Assembly (NCBI RefSeq): GCF_009914755.1
Contig: NC_060927.1
Direction: 5' to 3' (one strand)
Length of the DNA stretch: 64,000 nt
Origin: the human T2T-CHM13v2.0 reference genome, Homo sapiens
Shown in pieces: positions 34,888 to 47,935 of the stretch. A model generated the notes under the pieces. The model had not been told where the DNA came from. It worked only from the letters and a program-made list of their open reading frames with translations, and ran no database searches. A program made the translations under genes and the position numbers. How positions within the stretch are numbered: the stretch's first letter is position 1; every line of letters begins with the position of its first letter.

Positions 34888-37800
34888 CAGGTCTGGGCGT
34901 GGGGAGAGGAGTCTGCTTTTAGGAGCAGCCTTGGTGCTGAGGTTGGCTGCCGGGACGAAGGAGGAGAAGAAAACAGGAGCCCAGAAGGATTGGGCCGTGG
35001 CCCTGTGCCCAGTGTCTCACACACAGATTCTCAGAATGTCCCTGCAAGGCGGGGGTCCTTGTCCCCCTTCACATATGGGCCCTGGTGGGCCCTCACACAT
35101 CCAGGTGATGAGGCTGGGACCTGAGCCAGAGGGACCCCAGCTGCCGTGGGGGTACCCGCAGAGGTTGGTCTGTGGATAGAGTGTTCACAGGCCACGGGAC
35201 TGACACTTATAGGCACTGTTGGGAGGCTGACGGCTCCTGTGCCCCCACCCACATCCTACCATGCCTGGGGAAGTGCAGCTTCCCAGCCACTCCCGCCCAG
35301 GCTTCCTCACTGGGGCTTCCTGGGGTGCTCCTGGTTCTCGTGTTTGGTGTAGCTCTCATCAGGGAAGAGGATCTCCAGCTCTTCTGTTGGTCCCTCTGGC
35401 TTTTAGGGCTCAGCCCAGGGTCCCATGGGTTCAGGCCTCTCTCCACAGGGTGTCAGCAGGCTCGGCCACTTGCCTCCTCACCCCATGTGGCTTCTGAATG
35501 TGGGATGATGGGGTGGCCACCTCAGGTTGAGGCCAGCTGCCCCTGGAGCCCTGCGTGCAATGTCAGAGCCTCTTGGTCCTGGAAAGCCGTGGGGCCAACC
35601 TCCGAGAGAGGGTGTCCTGGGCTCTCAGAGGACAAGTGTCTCAAAGAGCCTCGAGCAGCCCAGGAGAGGAGCAGGTAGAGTGTGTGGAGGTGAAGGGGCC
35701 CTGTCCCACCCATGTTGGCCCCCAGCCCACACTGCCCGTCTGCCAGCGTGAGCAGCAGCGCGAGGCCTACCAGCAGGTGAGAAAGGGTATGCAGACGAGA
35801 GGGATCATCCCAGGAGGCTGCAGAGATGAAAATAAAGAATCAGGCATCACAGCGTAAGAAGTAATATTGTTACAGTGCATGACACAAGATCTAGAAACAA
35901 GAGAGTCACAGAAACCTAACAAAGATGAGAACTTTAGAATGTAAATGTAATAAAAGATAGGAAAATGAGATGCAGGATAAGGAGATAAAAGGTGAGAAGC
36001 CAACGAGCTGCCAAGCAGAAGGCTGGAAACACAAAAGAGCGAAGATTAAGAACAAGGGTGAAGCTCATCGCCACGAGGTAATTTTTTAAGTAGATGAAAC
36101 CATAGGTCAAAAATGAGAATTAAGGGCTAGGGAGTTATGAGTAAAAAGGAATATAACAACCAAAGAAAAAGTATAATCACAGAGCAACATTTTAAACGAT
36201 TCTCTCCTGTCCAAAAACACACAAGTTACCCAACCGCCTTCCAAGTAAACAGGACCAGGAAGGAGAGAGGAAGGGGAGAGGGAGAGGCAGAAGGCAGGGA
36301 AGGTCAAGTTAACATACAAATCAATACAGTAACATGAGGGTCACGAACTGAAAAGTTGCTAGTAAAATCTCAGTTTCTTCCTTCAAAAAGCACAGACCCC
36401 ATTCCTAAAGAGGAAACTTCTGTGGATAACCAGACCCCTCTGGCCAGGGGACTCCAGGAGCTGCTGCTGGTCCTCCAGTGTGGGCTGAGGGTGCCCCGAG
36501 CCCTGTGCCCCGCTCCCGAGCTCGCAGCCTGTTGTCGATCGCCTGCACACTGGCCCTGGCTGGTCTTGGTCCAGTGCACAGGGTCCCTGGCATGGCTGTC
36601 CACGTCTCCCCAGCTCCCACGCCGCCCCACACTACCTGCTCACTGCTCTGCCGTCCTCCATCCTTGCTGCTCAGAACCCTGTAGCCCTGACACTGCCACC
36701 CCCAAGCATGGAGGTGGCAGAAGTCCCCACCCACAGCCACCCCCAGGCTGTCCTGGTTACGGAGGGCAGAGGCTCTTAGACCTAAGCCTGCACAGAGCCT
36801 CAGGTCTGGGCTTGCTCCAGGGTGGGGCCCCAGCGCACAGGGCTGGGTAGCTCCAACAAGTCCCCAGGTGACAAGCACGCCACTGGCTAGGACCATACTT
36901 TGAGTATGTTGGGAGTTGCTACTCAGGAAAGGAAACCTTAAAACCAGCTTCTAGGAGAGCCTGCTCCCACACTGTTTTGGCCACGAGTCCCTGGCCCTGC
37001 CACACCGTGGGACTCTCATCCTCACCATGAGAATTCCCTCAGCTGAGCCAAAGACTCTCATCTGCCCACTCCTGCCCCAGCACCCAGACAGAGTGAGCCA
37101 GTCAGGGGTGCAGGTAACTGCCCCCACAGCCCTTCTTATCCACAAGGAAGCCAGACACTGCCTTCCAGAAGGGACCCTGGTTTGTCCTTTGCTGATTCAA
37201 AAGACTTAGAAAATTGTTCCTCAAAGGAAAGACCCGTCCTGGTTCTGCTCCTATAAAGGCACAGACTGCTTGTAGCCAGGCTGGGAGGATTGGGAATGCC
37301 GGGGTTCCATCACTGCACAGCAAATCCTCCACCTCCACGTAGTGGCACCAACTTGAGCCATTTTGTTGCACTCACAGATGCTGTGGCTACAGTTCGGAGA
37401 GGGCATGGCAGGCGATGGCTGGCTTGTACTCCAGGCCCGGCTGGGAAGACTCCAAGGCTGGGGGAGATGGGATGGGAAGTGAGTGGGGGCTCCTTTGCTC
37501 ACACATCTGGTGCCAGGCCTGGGAGAACTTGAAGGCTAAGACAGGTGACTCGTGAGTGGCCTTGAGGTGGTGGAGCCTCAGCTGCAGTGCTCCAGGGAAC
37601 GAGAACAGGCGGTGTGGCTGTCCTGACCTCACCATGGCATCACACAGCGCCACTTCCAGCACTTTCTGCTGGCTGCAAGCAAGGCTCCATCCTGCCCACA
37701 TCCAAAGGGCACGACGGGAGGATGGGAAGGCCACGCTGCAGAAGGGTGTCATATGGAAAGTGTCATTACGGTTGTCTCTGGAAAATTCCATCTGTACAGG

Positions 37801-38534
37801 ACCCTGCTGAGATGCTCAGAGAGCTTGGAGAACAATTGAAGGAGCCGCAGTCATCCTGAGAAGGGACATTTAAGTTGGAGCTTGGAGGATGAAGGGATCA
37901 TCTTGGCAAGGGGTGAGGGCAGTGGGCAGAGGAAGTGAGGATGGGGTAGAGTGTGGGGTGAGGACCAGGTGGCCCTGTGACAGTGGAGGCATCAGCAGGG
38001 GGTGGACCATGCAACCTGGCAGGCCAGGGTAAGGAGGGTGAGGGAAAGCCTCATGAGGCTCTGGAGTAGAGACATGCCATGAGCTGAAGCAGGAAATATG
38101 TTGTAAAAGAGTGGCGTCAGGAGATCTGCTTTGATGCCCTTGCAATTGGCCAGACAAGAGAAGATGGTGGCAGGGACAGGGTGGGGCAGGTGGCAGCTGT
38201 GCAGAGGGAAAGGAATGAGTGATTCAAGAGAGAGGGGCCGAGCCAACAGAGCTCAGGCTGAAATGGGCCTGGGGTGCAGGAGGGGCGTGGTCACATGATG
38301 CCCAGGTATAACTGGGGTGCGGGGGTGCCACTTAGAGCCCAGGCATTGGTGCCACTTGTGGGCAGAGTGCCTGGGGCAGCAGCGTGTGCCCTTGCCACTC
38401 CAGCAGATGTGGGTGTCGTCCAGAGGGGTCTGCTCCTTAGACAGCCAGCGCCCCGGAGTCCCTGAGCAGCCCCACGGAGGCTGAGTCGGCGCTTGTCCTC
38501 CAAGGGGGTTTCAAACATGGTGGCTGGTGTGAGA

Positions 38535-38720
38535 CAGGCCCAGTTTCAGCCCTGGCTCCACTCTTCATTGGCTGGGAGACCTCAGGCAAGTCACCTTGGC
38601 TCTTTAGGCCTTGGTTTTCTCATCTGTAAAAGGCAGTGAGGGTATGTGCCTTGCAGGGGTGTTGGCAGGATTAGTTAGTGCTGTTACTTGGCCGGAGCTG
38701 GGTAATGTTTGCTGAATTAG
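38535..38720 (+). mobile_element. MIR
   Basis: GGCAAGTCACC...CCTTGGTTTTCTCATCTGTAAAA core. Further MIR cores near 9950, 45010, 49700, 51880, 55010 and 59950. Confidence 0.75.
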
Positions 38721-41364
38721 CACATGCAGGGTTCGTTGCCGCCCCACATGGGCTTAGCAAGTCTGGGGCAGGAGGCGAGAGGAGGGAGGGCCCAGCAAGG
38801 CAGCCAGTGCAGACCCCCGGGGAGTGGCAGAAGTGTCTTCAAGGTAGGAGCTGGGATAGACTCCCCCCATCTGCCAAGAGCAGCTTCCCAGGGACAGTGG
38901 GAGCTGCCATTGCAAGCTCTCAGTGGGCACAACTGCATGACCAAGTGCTTCAGGGAGGAGAAGAGCAAGCAAACGCAGCCGGAGCCCTGTGCATAGTGCT
39001 GGCCCCAGCCTGAAAGTCGCCAGAGCTGCTCAACTTCATGCACGCATGGCAGGGTGGAAGTGCCAAGGACAGACCCCACACGTGACCCTCAGAAGTCTCT
39101 GGTGTCCACGGGACTGAACCTCAGCCACCTGCAAGTGGCCACCCGCCTGTGTCGAGCCCTTCCCAGCAGGTTCCCTTCCCCCTCTCATTTCTTCACAGCC
39201 CTCCAGGGGGTCTTGGGCTCAGCCCCCATGCACACTACTGGCACTGGAATCCTTGCATAGCCTTGAAGGAACCCATATGGAGACTGTGGGGCTGGGCAAG
39301 GCTGGGAGGTGTGGGCCTGCCCTGAAGCTGGGTGAGGGTCCCACTTGTGCAGAGTAGCCAGGCCCAGGCATGGAGGACCTCCCTTGTGTCGGATCACACA
39401 CCTGTTCACTCCCAGGAGAAATGGGAGAACTGAGAACAGGATTGGGAAGCACAGGGACTTTCCCAAGCCAAATGGAGGGTGGAGACAGGGCTGGAGCAGA
39501 GAGACAAAGAAGAGAGACAGACATGGATGGGGCAGAGTGACCCTCTGCTCCCCAGCACGTACTGGGTGTGGAACATCTGGCAGGTAGGTGTGGTGCCCCT
39601 TCCCAGGTGGAGACGCAGGCCTGGCAGGCAGGGAGGGTGGGGACCAGACTCCTCCAGCCTCTGAGGACACAGGTAACTGGGAGCTGACCCTCTGTCCATC
39701 TGCTGCCAACATCGTGTGCCAGTGCAGGGCAAGGACTGGGGAGAAGCCTCACTCTTGACCACTGCAGAGTGGAGACCAGTGGTCAGAGGGCCATAGCCGG
39801 CTGCTGTGAGAACGAGAGGTGACTGCTCCCCTCCTAGGCCTTCCTCTCCTGCCTGGTATGGCCAGTGGGGGTGGGTGGAGGGCTGGGGCTTGCTGGTCTA
39901 CCTTCACTGATGTGGTCCCAGCCCCTAGGCCCAGCCCTAGCATAGAAAGCATCTAGGGAGCTTCCCTCTCCACTCCCCACCCAACTCCTCCTCCTGAAAG
40001 ATGCATGGAGTGTGAAAATTTCATCAAAGCAGCTTGCTTCCTGGGCTCACAGGCGGGGCTGGCGCTGGGAGCCCTGGGGCCTCAGGCCGCCCTGCTGCTC
40101 AGTCAGCCCTGGACGCCCCTCTGGGCTGCTGTAGAACTGGGACGAGCAGCGGGTTGATGGCTAGAGTCCCTTTGGCGTGTGTGCTAGGAGGGGCTGGGGA
40201 GGGACAGAGGAGGCGTCAGGCCAGCTTTGTGGGGTGGGGCGGTGCTGACACCCGCAGGAGGGGCTGCAGCTGGGCAGGCATCAGAGTGGGGTTCGGAGTG
40301 TTCCCAACGTCCCAGTGACCATGACTGCTTGCTTGACCAGCATGCATTCACTCATTGACTCTGCAGCTTTTCATTATTGTTATTTTTGTAAAACAGATGC
40401 TGCATTTGCAAGGTTTTAAAATGAGATGGGCATTTCGGGCTATTCCTGTTCTTTTGCTGCCAGAAACAATGTGGTGTGGGTAATCTTGCTCAGAGTCTCT
40501 TGGAATGTGGGTAGGTACACCTGCAGGGCAAAATTCCGCAGGTGGGATTGCTGGGTCAGTGGATAATGTTGATGGGAATTGCCACACTGCCTTTCATAGA
40601 GGCCATGCCACGAACCCTTCCAGCAGCAAGGCAAGCAGTGCTCACTTTCCTGAGGTCTGGCCCACAGAGCAGACTGAAAACACTTGGAGTCTGGCCAATC
40701 TGATAGAGAAAACATATTTTGAAATATATAAAAAAGCTGGATTTTCTTTTGTCCTCTCTGAGTGGCTTTCTTAGCAAACAGCTACAGGGTAAATTGTCCT
40801 GCGGCCAGAGTATAATGAGCTTATTTTAACTGTGTGTGGTGCCTGTAGGAGCATATCCGTGTGCATGTGTGTGTGGTCATGTGCAAGTGTTCGTGTGTGT
40901 GCATGCATGTGCTAGTGTGTTTGTTTTACTTGGAGCATCCAATCCAGCCCTGGTCACTGGGCAGGAGGAAACTCAATCTGAACACAGCCAGGTACCCTCT
41001 GGGAAGACAAGGCTCATTCCCATGGCTCTGCTCCCAAAGAGCTGAAGTTAGTGAGACCTGGCTGGTGAGTTAATGACAGGGCCAGCTCCAGAGCAGGGCA
41101 GTGAGGGGCAATGACTGCAAGTTAGGGGAGCTTGGGGGTGAGGCAGGCTCAAGCAAAGGCTTGGCTGTGGCAGACAGCGTACTTCCAACGGGTGCTCCTA
41201 AACACTTGGAGACCTTGGAGGGTAAAGGCAGAACCTACCACAACTCTGCAGAGAGCTGGGCTAGTGGGGGAGGTGTCCCAGGAAGCTGAGCTGTGTACCA
41301 GCCACCTCTAAACACAGGGGCCTGAAACAATATCATATACTATTTTCAGACTTTAAGTATTGGC

Positions 41365-41850
41365 AAGCTGAGCTGGGAAGTCTAGGCTGAGCTTAGCTGG
41401 TCTGGGCTGAGCTCTGTGGTCTGGGCTGTGCTTGACTGGACTGGGCTGCGCTACATGGTCTGGGCTGTGCTTGGCTGGTCTGCGCTGTGCTCTGTTGTGC
41501 TGGGCTGAGGTCTGTGGTCTGGGCTGAGCTCTGTGAGCTGGGCTATGCTTGGTTGGTCTGGGCTGAGCTCCACGGTCTGGGCTATCCTTGGCTGGGCTGA
41601 GCTCTATGGTCTGAACTGAGCTCTGTGGTCTGGGCTGTGCTTGGCTGGTCTGGGTTGAGCTCTGTGGTCTGGGCTGTGCTCTGTTGGGTTGGGCTGAGCT
41701 CTGTAGTCTAGGCTATGCTTGGCTGGGCTGGGCTGAGCTCTGTGGTTTGGGCTGAGCTCCATAGTCTGGGCTATGCTTGGCTGGGCTGGGCTGAGCTCTA
41801 TGGTCTTAACTGAGCTCTAATGCCTGGGCTGAACTCCGTGGTCTGGGCTT
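41365..41850 (+). repeat. GAGCT/GGGCT pentamer-based minisatellite (19/20-bp units) within an old MLT1 LTR
   Basis: Alternating GGTCTGGGCTGAGCTCTGT and GGTCTGGGCTGTGCTTGGCT; about 16 AGCT counted by eye. Confidence 0.9.
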
Positions 41851-41902
41851 GTTCAAGAACCAGTGTCCTGTTGCTGACTTTTCCGGCTGGCTGCTGTAGA
41901 CT

Positions 41903-43329
41903 TGTGTCCGGAATTGGTGGGTTCTTGGTCTCACTGACTTTAAGAATGAAGGCACAGACTCTCGCAGTGAATGTTACAGTTCTTAAGAGCGGCCTGCCCA
42001 GAATTTGTTTCTTCTGATGTTTGGATGTGCTCAGAGTTTCTTCCTTCCAAGGGGTTCGTGGTCTTGCTGACTCAGGAGTGAAACTGCAGATCTTCGTGGT
42101 GAGTGTTACAGCTCATAAAGACAGTGTAGATACAAAGAGTGAGCAGTAACAAGATTCATTACAAACAGCAAAAGAACAAAGCTTCCACAGTCTGGAAGGG
42201 CATGCAGTGGCTTGCCATTACTGGCTGGGGCAGCCTGCTTTTATTCTTATCTGGCCCCACCCACATCCTGCTGATTGGTCCATTTTACAGAGAGCCGATT
42301 GGTCTGTTTTACAGAGAGCTGATTGGTCCGTTTTGACAGGGTGCTGATTGGTGCGTTTACAATCCCTGAGCTAGACACAAAAGTTCTCCATGGTCCCCAC
42401 TAGATTAGCTAGATAAGGAGTGTCAATTGGTGTATTTACAAACCCTGAGCTAGACCCAGAGTGCTGATTGGTGCATTTACAAACCTTGAGCTAGATACAG
42501 AGTGTCGATTGGTGCATTCACAATCCCTTAGCTAGACATAAAGGTTCTCCAAGTCCCCACCAGATTAACTAGATACAGAGTGCCAATGGGTGCATTCACA
42601 AACACTGAGCTAGATACAGAGTGCTGATTGGTGTGTTTACAAACCTTGAGCTAGATACAGAGTGCTGATTGGTGTATTTACAATCCCTTAGCTAGACATA
42701 AAGATTCTCCAAGTCCCCACCAGATCAGGAGCCCAGCTGGCTTCACCCAGTGGATCCCACACCGGGGCCGCAGGTGGAGCTGTCTGCCAGTACCATGCCA
42801 TTTGCCGGCACTCCTCAGCCCTTGGGTGGTCGATGGGACTGGGCACCGTGGAGCAGGGAGCAGCACTCCGCCGGGAGGCTCAGGCCACGCAGGAGCCCAC
42901 GGCGGGGCAGGGAGGCTCAGGCATGGGTGGCTGCAGGTCCTGAGCCCTTCCCCGCGGGGAGGCAGCTAAGGCCCGGCGAGAAATTGAGCACAGCAGCTGC
43001 TGGCCCAGGTGCTAAGCCCCTCACTGCCCGGGGCTTGTGGGCCAGCCAGCTACTCCCAGTGCGGGGCTTGCCGAGCCCACGCCCACCCAGAACTCAGGCT
43101 GGCCCGCAAGTGTGGCGCGAAGCCCCAGTTCCCGCCCGTGCCTCTCCCTCCACACCTCCCCCCAAGCTGAGGGAGCCGGCTCCGGCCTTGGCCAGCCCAG
43201 AAAGGGGCTCCCACAGTGCAGCGGTGGGCTGAAGGGCTCCTCAAGCGTGGCCAGAGTGGGCGCCAAGGCCGAGGAGGCGCCAAGAGCGAGCGAGGGCTTC
43301 GAGGGCTGCCAGCACACTGTCACCTCTCA
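41903..43329 (-). mobile_element. LTR12-family (possibly LTR12D) solo LTR inserted in an MLT1
   Basis: Termini TGTGTCCGGAATTGG...TGTCACCTCTCA. TSD GACT/GAAT. MLT1-like sequence on both sides (~41290 and ~43330-43570). Confidence 0.93.
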
Positions 43330-45789
43330 GAATGACCTCCACAGGGACCACCTGGCTCCATAGGGCCTCCCATTCTCCAGCAGCCTCCAGGCCAAGTTTG
43401 TGGTCAAGCAGAGGCAGGGCTCTGAGGGAGCGTGAAGTGTAGGCTGAGCAGTGGCATATCACTCCCACCCATGCTAGTGGTCAAAGCAAAATCTGGCCAG
43501 CCAGAATCACATGGTGGGGCAAGGGACTCCAGAGGAAGGATGGAGCCTTGTGGCCAATTTTGCAATCCATCTTCTTCAGGAGGACAGAGTCCATGGGGGC
43601 CATGTCCCTGGGGCCATCTGTGCAAAGCTGGCCACCAACAACATTCAACTCACAGCACCTAAGCTGGGGGCTGGGACCCAGGAATGGGCAGCAGGTGGCT
43701 CTGCCCCCGGAGCATGCGAGCCAGTCACACCAGTGGTGGGAGCACCACGAGCCGTACCAGGAAATGTGGGAGAAGTACTCCTGGAGAAGTAGTCTGGGCC
43801 AGGGTTGAAGGGTACTTAGGTGTGCACCTGGGCAGTAGGGGTGAGGCGGGGCACTTTCTTTCTCCCGGTCCTCCCTCCTGGCCTAAAGGCAGAAGGCAGA
43901 GGAGACCCAGCCCTGGAGCTGAGAAGGGAGGGGATCCCAGCGTTTGAGCTGCAGGCCCACAGCCCCGCACGGGCTGTTCCTGCGTGGGCAGCCCAAGGAT
44001 TAAACAGATTTTGTTGGGATTACTGCTGCCAATCAAGTTCAAGTGCATTTTTAAGAGCTTAATTTGTGGCCCTAGGTTTCGAATAAAATCGTCAAGTCCA
44101 GTCGATTAAACTCATTAAGGCGGGTGGACTGGCTGGTGTTCACACTGCCATCAGATTTGGAGAATTAATTAGGGGCCTGTTATCCTTTGTCGGGATTAGC
44201 AGAGCCAGCCCAGAGGCCCAGGGTTTCTGCTAAAAGACAGGCCCATAATCTCTTTAGTGGGGCCTTGGGAGACAGAGATCTGGGCAGCTTTGAGCAGGAA
44301 GTGCCACATGGGTGTCTTTGATTCTGCCGTGTGCAGACTGGCCGTGGGTCGGGGGTGTGGGCAGGCTTTAGGGCTTGGGCCATCCTGAGGGTGGCTGGCC
44401 CAGACAGCACTTCAGGCCACATAACCCTGCATACTATCCATGACCTATTCCCCCATCTCACAACAACTTAGGAGGAGGGCGCCAAGAGGACTTCTGCTGG
44501 TTCCTTTGCCTTCAAAACCACCCCCGACCCCAACTGCTGGAGTCTCAAGGCTCTATCTCCTTGTGAACCAGGTGGTGTGAGCAAGCTGGCCACCAAGAGC
44601 ATTCTAATCCCTTGGGGGACATTGATTGGTCTCTGAGTGGGTGGGTATGTGACCCAAGAAGAGCCAGTCAAGGCCATGTCAGGGGGTGGTTGGGGTTTCT
44701 GGTATAGCTAAGGGCAAAAATATTAAGCCTGGAGCTGCCAGGCCCTGCAGGCCCTGCCTCAGGATGGAGAGAGAAGACAGATGAGTTTCTAATGACACTG
44801 GGTGAGCCGCTGGATCTAGCCACACCTAAAGTTTACCCCTGGACTTTTCAGTGACCTGAGCCAGTCCATTCCTCCTTGGAACAGGGTCTCTGTCACTTGC
44901 AACCAAGGGACAAATCAGCCCAGGTCTCAGGTCTCTTGCCTTCCAGAGCATTAGGGCTGAGAAGAAATTTAGAGGGTCTTTTTTCTTTTCCCGCCCATTT
45001 ACAGAATGGGGAAACTAAGGCCCAGTAGGAGAAGGACTTGCCCAAGGCTGCTGCAGATATTAATGGCTTCTGGTCTTCTAATGCCTCCTGGGAAAGAATC
45101 CTCCCCGCACCTCCCTGGTGGGTCTGGCCAGGCCAGTGCTGGGTGGGGTTTACCAGGTGTCCATACCAAAGGCAGACCGTGGTCAGAGCAAGTGGATAAG
45201 CTGGAGACATTTCCAGGAACTGGGGGAAGCAGAGTGCCCCACACACACGGGTCCCAGGTGATGGCTCTTACCCAGCTCAGGACCCTGGCTGGTGTCTCTG
45301 GGCCCGGCACTGGGCACTGAGTCTTTGCTGGGGTCTTTCTGTCCTGAGAGACCCCAGCAGGGGGGGTAGGGGAGGGACTCAGAGCCAGATTACCAGGGTT
45401 CAAATCCTTCCTGGCCAGTCGCTCGCCCTGTGACCCTGGATTGATCATTTGGCTTCCTCGAGTGCACGCTTTCTTCGTCTGTCTGAGGGGGTGGTGGTGA
45501 CAATGGGGCTGCAGGAGGCCTGGGAGGCAATGCAGGTCTAGCAGGGAGCTTCGTGAGTGTCGTGGTCCACATTGCACCCTGCCCCTCAGTGCTGCCTACT
45601 GGCCTCTCTGCCTCCACTCTTGCCTCTCCCCCATCAGTTCTCAGCACAGCAGCCAAGGGCATCTTTTAAACGTTAAAAGTCAAATCCTGCCACTTGCATG
45701 CTTAAAGGCTGCTGAAGAAGCTTAGAATGCAGCTTAAATGCCTCACTGTGTCACATGTCCTGGCAAATACGGACAGGTGACAAACCCTG

Positions 45790-46240
45790 AGTAGCTGTGC
45801 GGTGGAATATGCCAGCCATGTTGTTCTGCTCAGGCATTCTGTGTGCAAGGACTCTGGATGGGACCTGAGCATGTGGCTTGCTTCTGCTGTACCAGGTCTG
45901 GCTCAGTGGAGCCTGTAGACTGGAGCGCCTGCCCACATGTCCCCAAGGGACTCTAGCTTCCTCACAGCATGGCGGACAGGTGCTGAGAGGGGTTTCTGGA
46001 GAGCATGGGAGGAAGCAGGAGGAAGCTGCATGCAGGCCTTTTCTGACCTAGCCTGGCAAGTTACATAATGTCGCTTCCACTGGACTCTAGTGGTCCAAGA
46101 AGGCACAAGTGCATGCTGTTTCAAGGCCAGGAGACATAGATGGAGAGTGGCTGTGTCACTTGCAGAAGAGCATATGAAATGAGAGACGCTGGTGAGGCCA
46201 TTTCTGGAAACCATGGACTCTCCAGTCCACATGGTCTGGG
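45790..46240 (-). mobile_element. MLT1 LTR nested in an L2 (L2 at ~45600-45750 and ~46300-46480)
   Basis: GGCCTTTTCTGACCTAGCCTGG...GCTTCCAC is MLT1-like. GCAGCCAAGGGCATCTTTTAAA and CAGGGCCCTTGCACTTGCTGTT are L2-like. Confidence 0.65.
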
Positions 46241-46486
46241 CATGGCCCATATGTCTGAAGGAATTGCCTCTCCCTCTCCCTCACTCATATGCAGGCAGCT
46301 ACCTTCTCTCTGTGCCTCAGACATGACAAATGCACTCTGCTGCAGGGCCCTTGCACTTGCTGTTTCTCCGTCTCCACATGACTGGCTCCTTCCACTCCTG
46401 AAGTTCTCAGCTCCAGTGTTCCCGCCCTAGAGAGGCTCTCCTTGACCCCTGGTCTAACCACTGCCCCCTCCAAGAATGCTCTAGAA

Positions 46487-47032
46487 AAGCCCCATCCAAG
46501 AGAAAGATTATGCAAGTCACAAATGTAATTTGAAATTTTATGGTAGCCACATTAAACAAGAAATTAATTTAAATGTATGGATATATTTACATGTCTGTTT
46601 GTATTTACTTATCTTTCATATATTTTTAACCCAATTTATCCAAAATATTATTATTCAATATGTAATCAATATAAAAATGTCAGTGAGGTATTCTGTGTTC
46701 TCACTTTTTTTTATTGTACTATCTTTGAAATTTCATGTATTTTACATGTATAACACATGTCAATTCAGAAGCTAAATTTTTGTAGGAAATACTTGATCTG
46801 CTTTTAGGTCTGATACAACTTACTGTTGAAAGAGACTACTTCCATAGCCACCTTGTTCCAAAATAACTGAACTGATTTGAACATCCATTTTAACATTTAA
46901 ATGACTTAAAATTCAATACAATGAAAAACCCAGGTCCTCAACCTCAGCGGCTGCCTCACACGTGCTCTGTAGTCATATTTACCCAGTAGAGACCGCTTCT
47001 ATCATTGCAGAAGATTCTATCGGGTTGTGCTG
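46487..47032 (+). mobile_element. hAT-Charlie non-autonomous element (MER33/MER3-related) with both ends
   Basis: Degenerate TIRs AAGCCCCATCCAAGAGAA / TTCTATCGGGTTGTGCTG. 8-bp TSD CTCTAGAA (46479-46486) / CTCTAGGA (47033-47040), fitting the NTCTAGAN target preference. Confidence 0.75.
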
Positions 47033-47390
47033 CTCTAGGACAGTCCCAGCCCCTGTCCACATAGCACTCACCGCTGTCTGCGAAGATCTCACGCTGCTTG
47101 TTCAGTTGTTCACCTCCTTTCCCTTCCTCTGGAGCATAAGGACCTTGTTCCTGCCCAGAGAACCATGCCTGGCCCATAGAAGGCACCAGAGAATAACTTG
47201 GTAAATGAGTAAGTAAAAATTGAATCCAGGTGCCACGCTACATCTTCTCAGTCAATCCTCAGCCCAGCTTTGAGGGAGGAGCTGAGGCCCGGAGAGCCAC
47301 AGCTAACACCCAAGGTCACATAGCCATAAGGGCCAGTGCAGAACTGAGGTGTCTGCATCCAACGCAGAATCCTGCTCCACCTCCCCTGTC

Positions 47391-47935
47391 TGTACCCGAG
47401 TACCTCAGCTTTAAAATCCATTTTAGAACTTCTTTTCTCTAATCTTAGAATATGGCCTTGAAATGTACTTTGAAATTCTTTGTTTCCCTCCCTTTCCCAC
47501 CAGACCCTTCCTTGTGCCATGCACGCTCATCTAACTATGAATACATACTTGCTTAGAAACTCAGGCTAAGCTTGAAACAAGCCAGCATGCAGGTGCAGCT
47601 GTGGCATTCTCCCCCACCTAGAGATTACCTCAAGGTGGTTAATCTGCAACCCAGCGGCCGTTGAGACAGTGTCAACTGGTATCCAGAGGGACTCAAGATA
47701 ACCCTTGGAAGGAGTGCAGACCTGCGCCCTGCACTGCTCCGGCATGTTTCCCATACCAAGTTTCCCATTTAAACCCCCTCAGTCAGCCCAAAAATTTGGG
47801 TTGGCTTCTTTGAGGCTGATGCCTGGCCAGCTCCTCATCTGCTGGCATTTGAATAAGGCCACTTTCCTTCCATCACACCTGGCCTCTTGTATATTTGGCT
47901 TTTTGAGCAGTGAGCAGCCAAACTGGAGTTTCTTT
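47391..47935 (+). mobile_element. ERV1-class solo LTR (MER34/MER39/LTR48-like group)
   Basis: Start TGTACCCGAGTACCTCAGCTTTAAAAT; end TTGGCTTTTTGAGCAGTGAGCAGCCAAACTGGAGTT. Subfamily uncertain. Confidence 0.6.
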
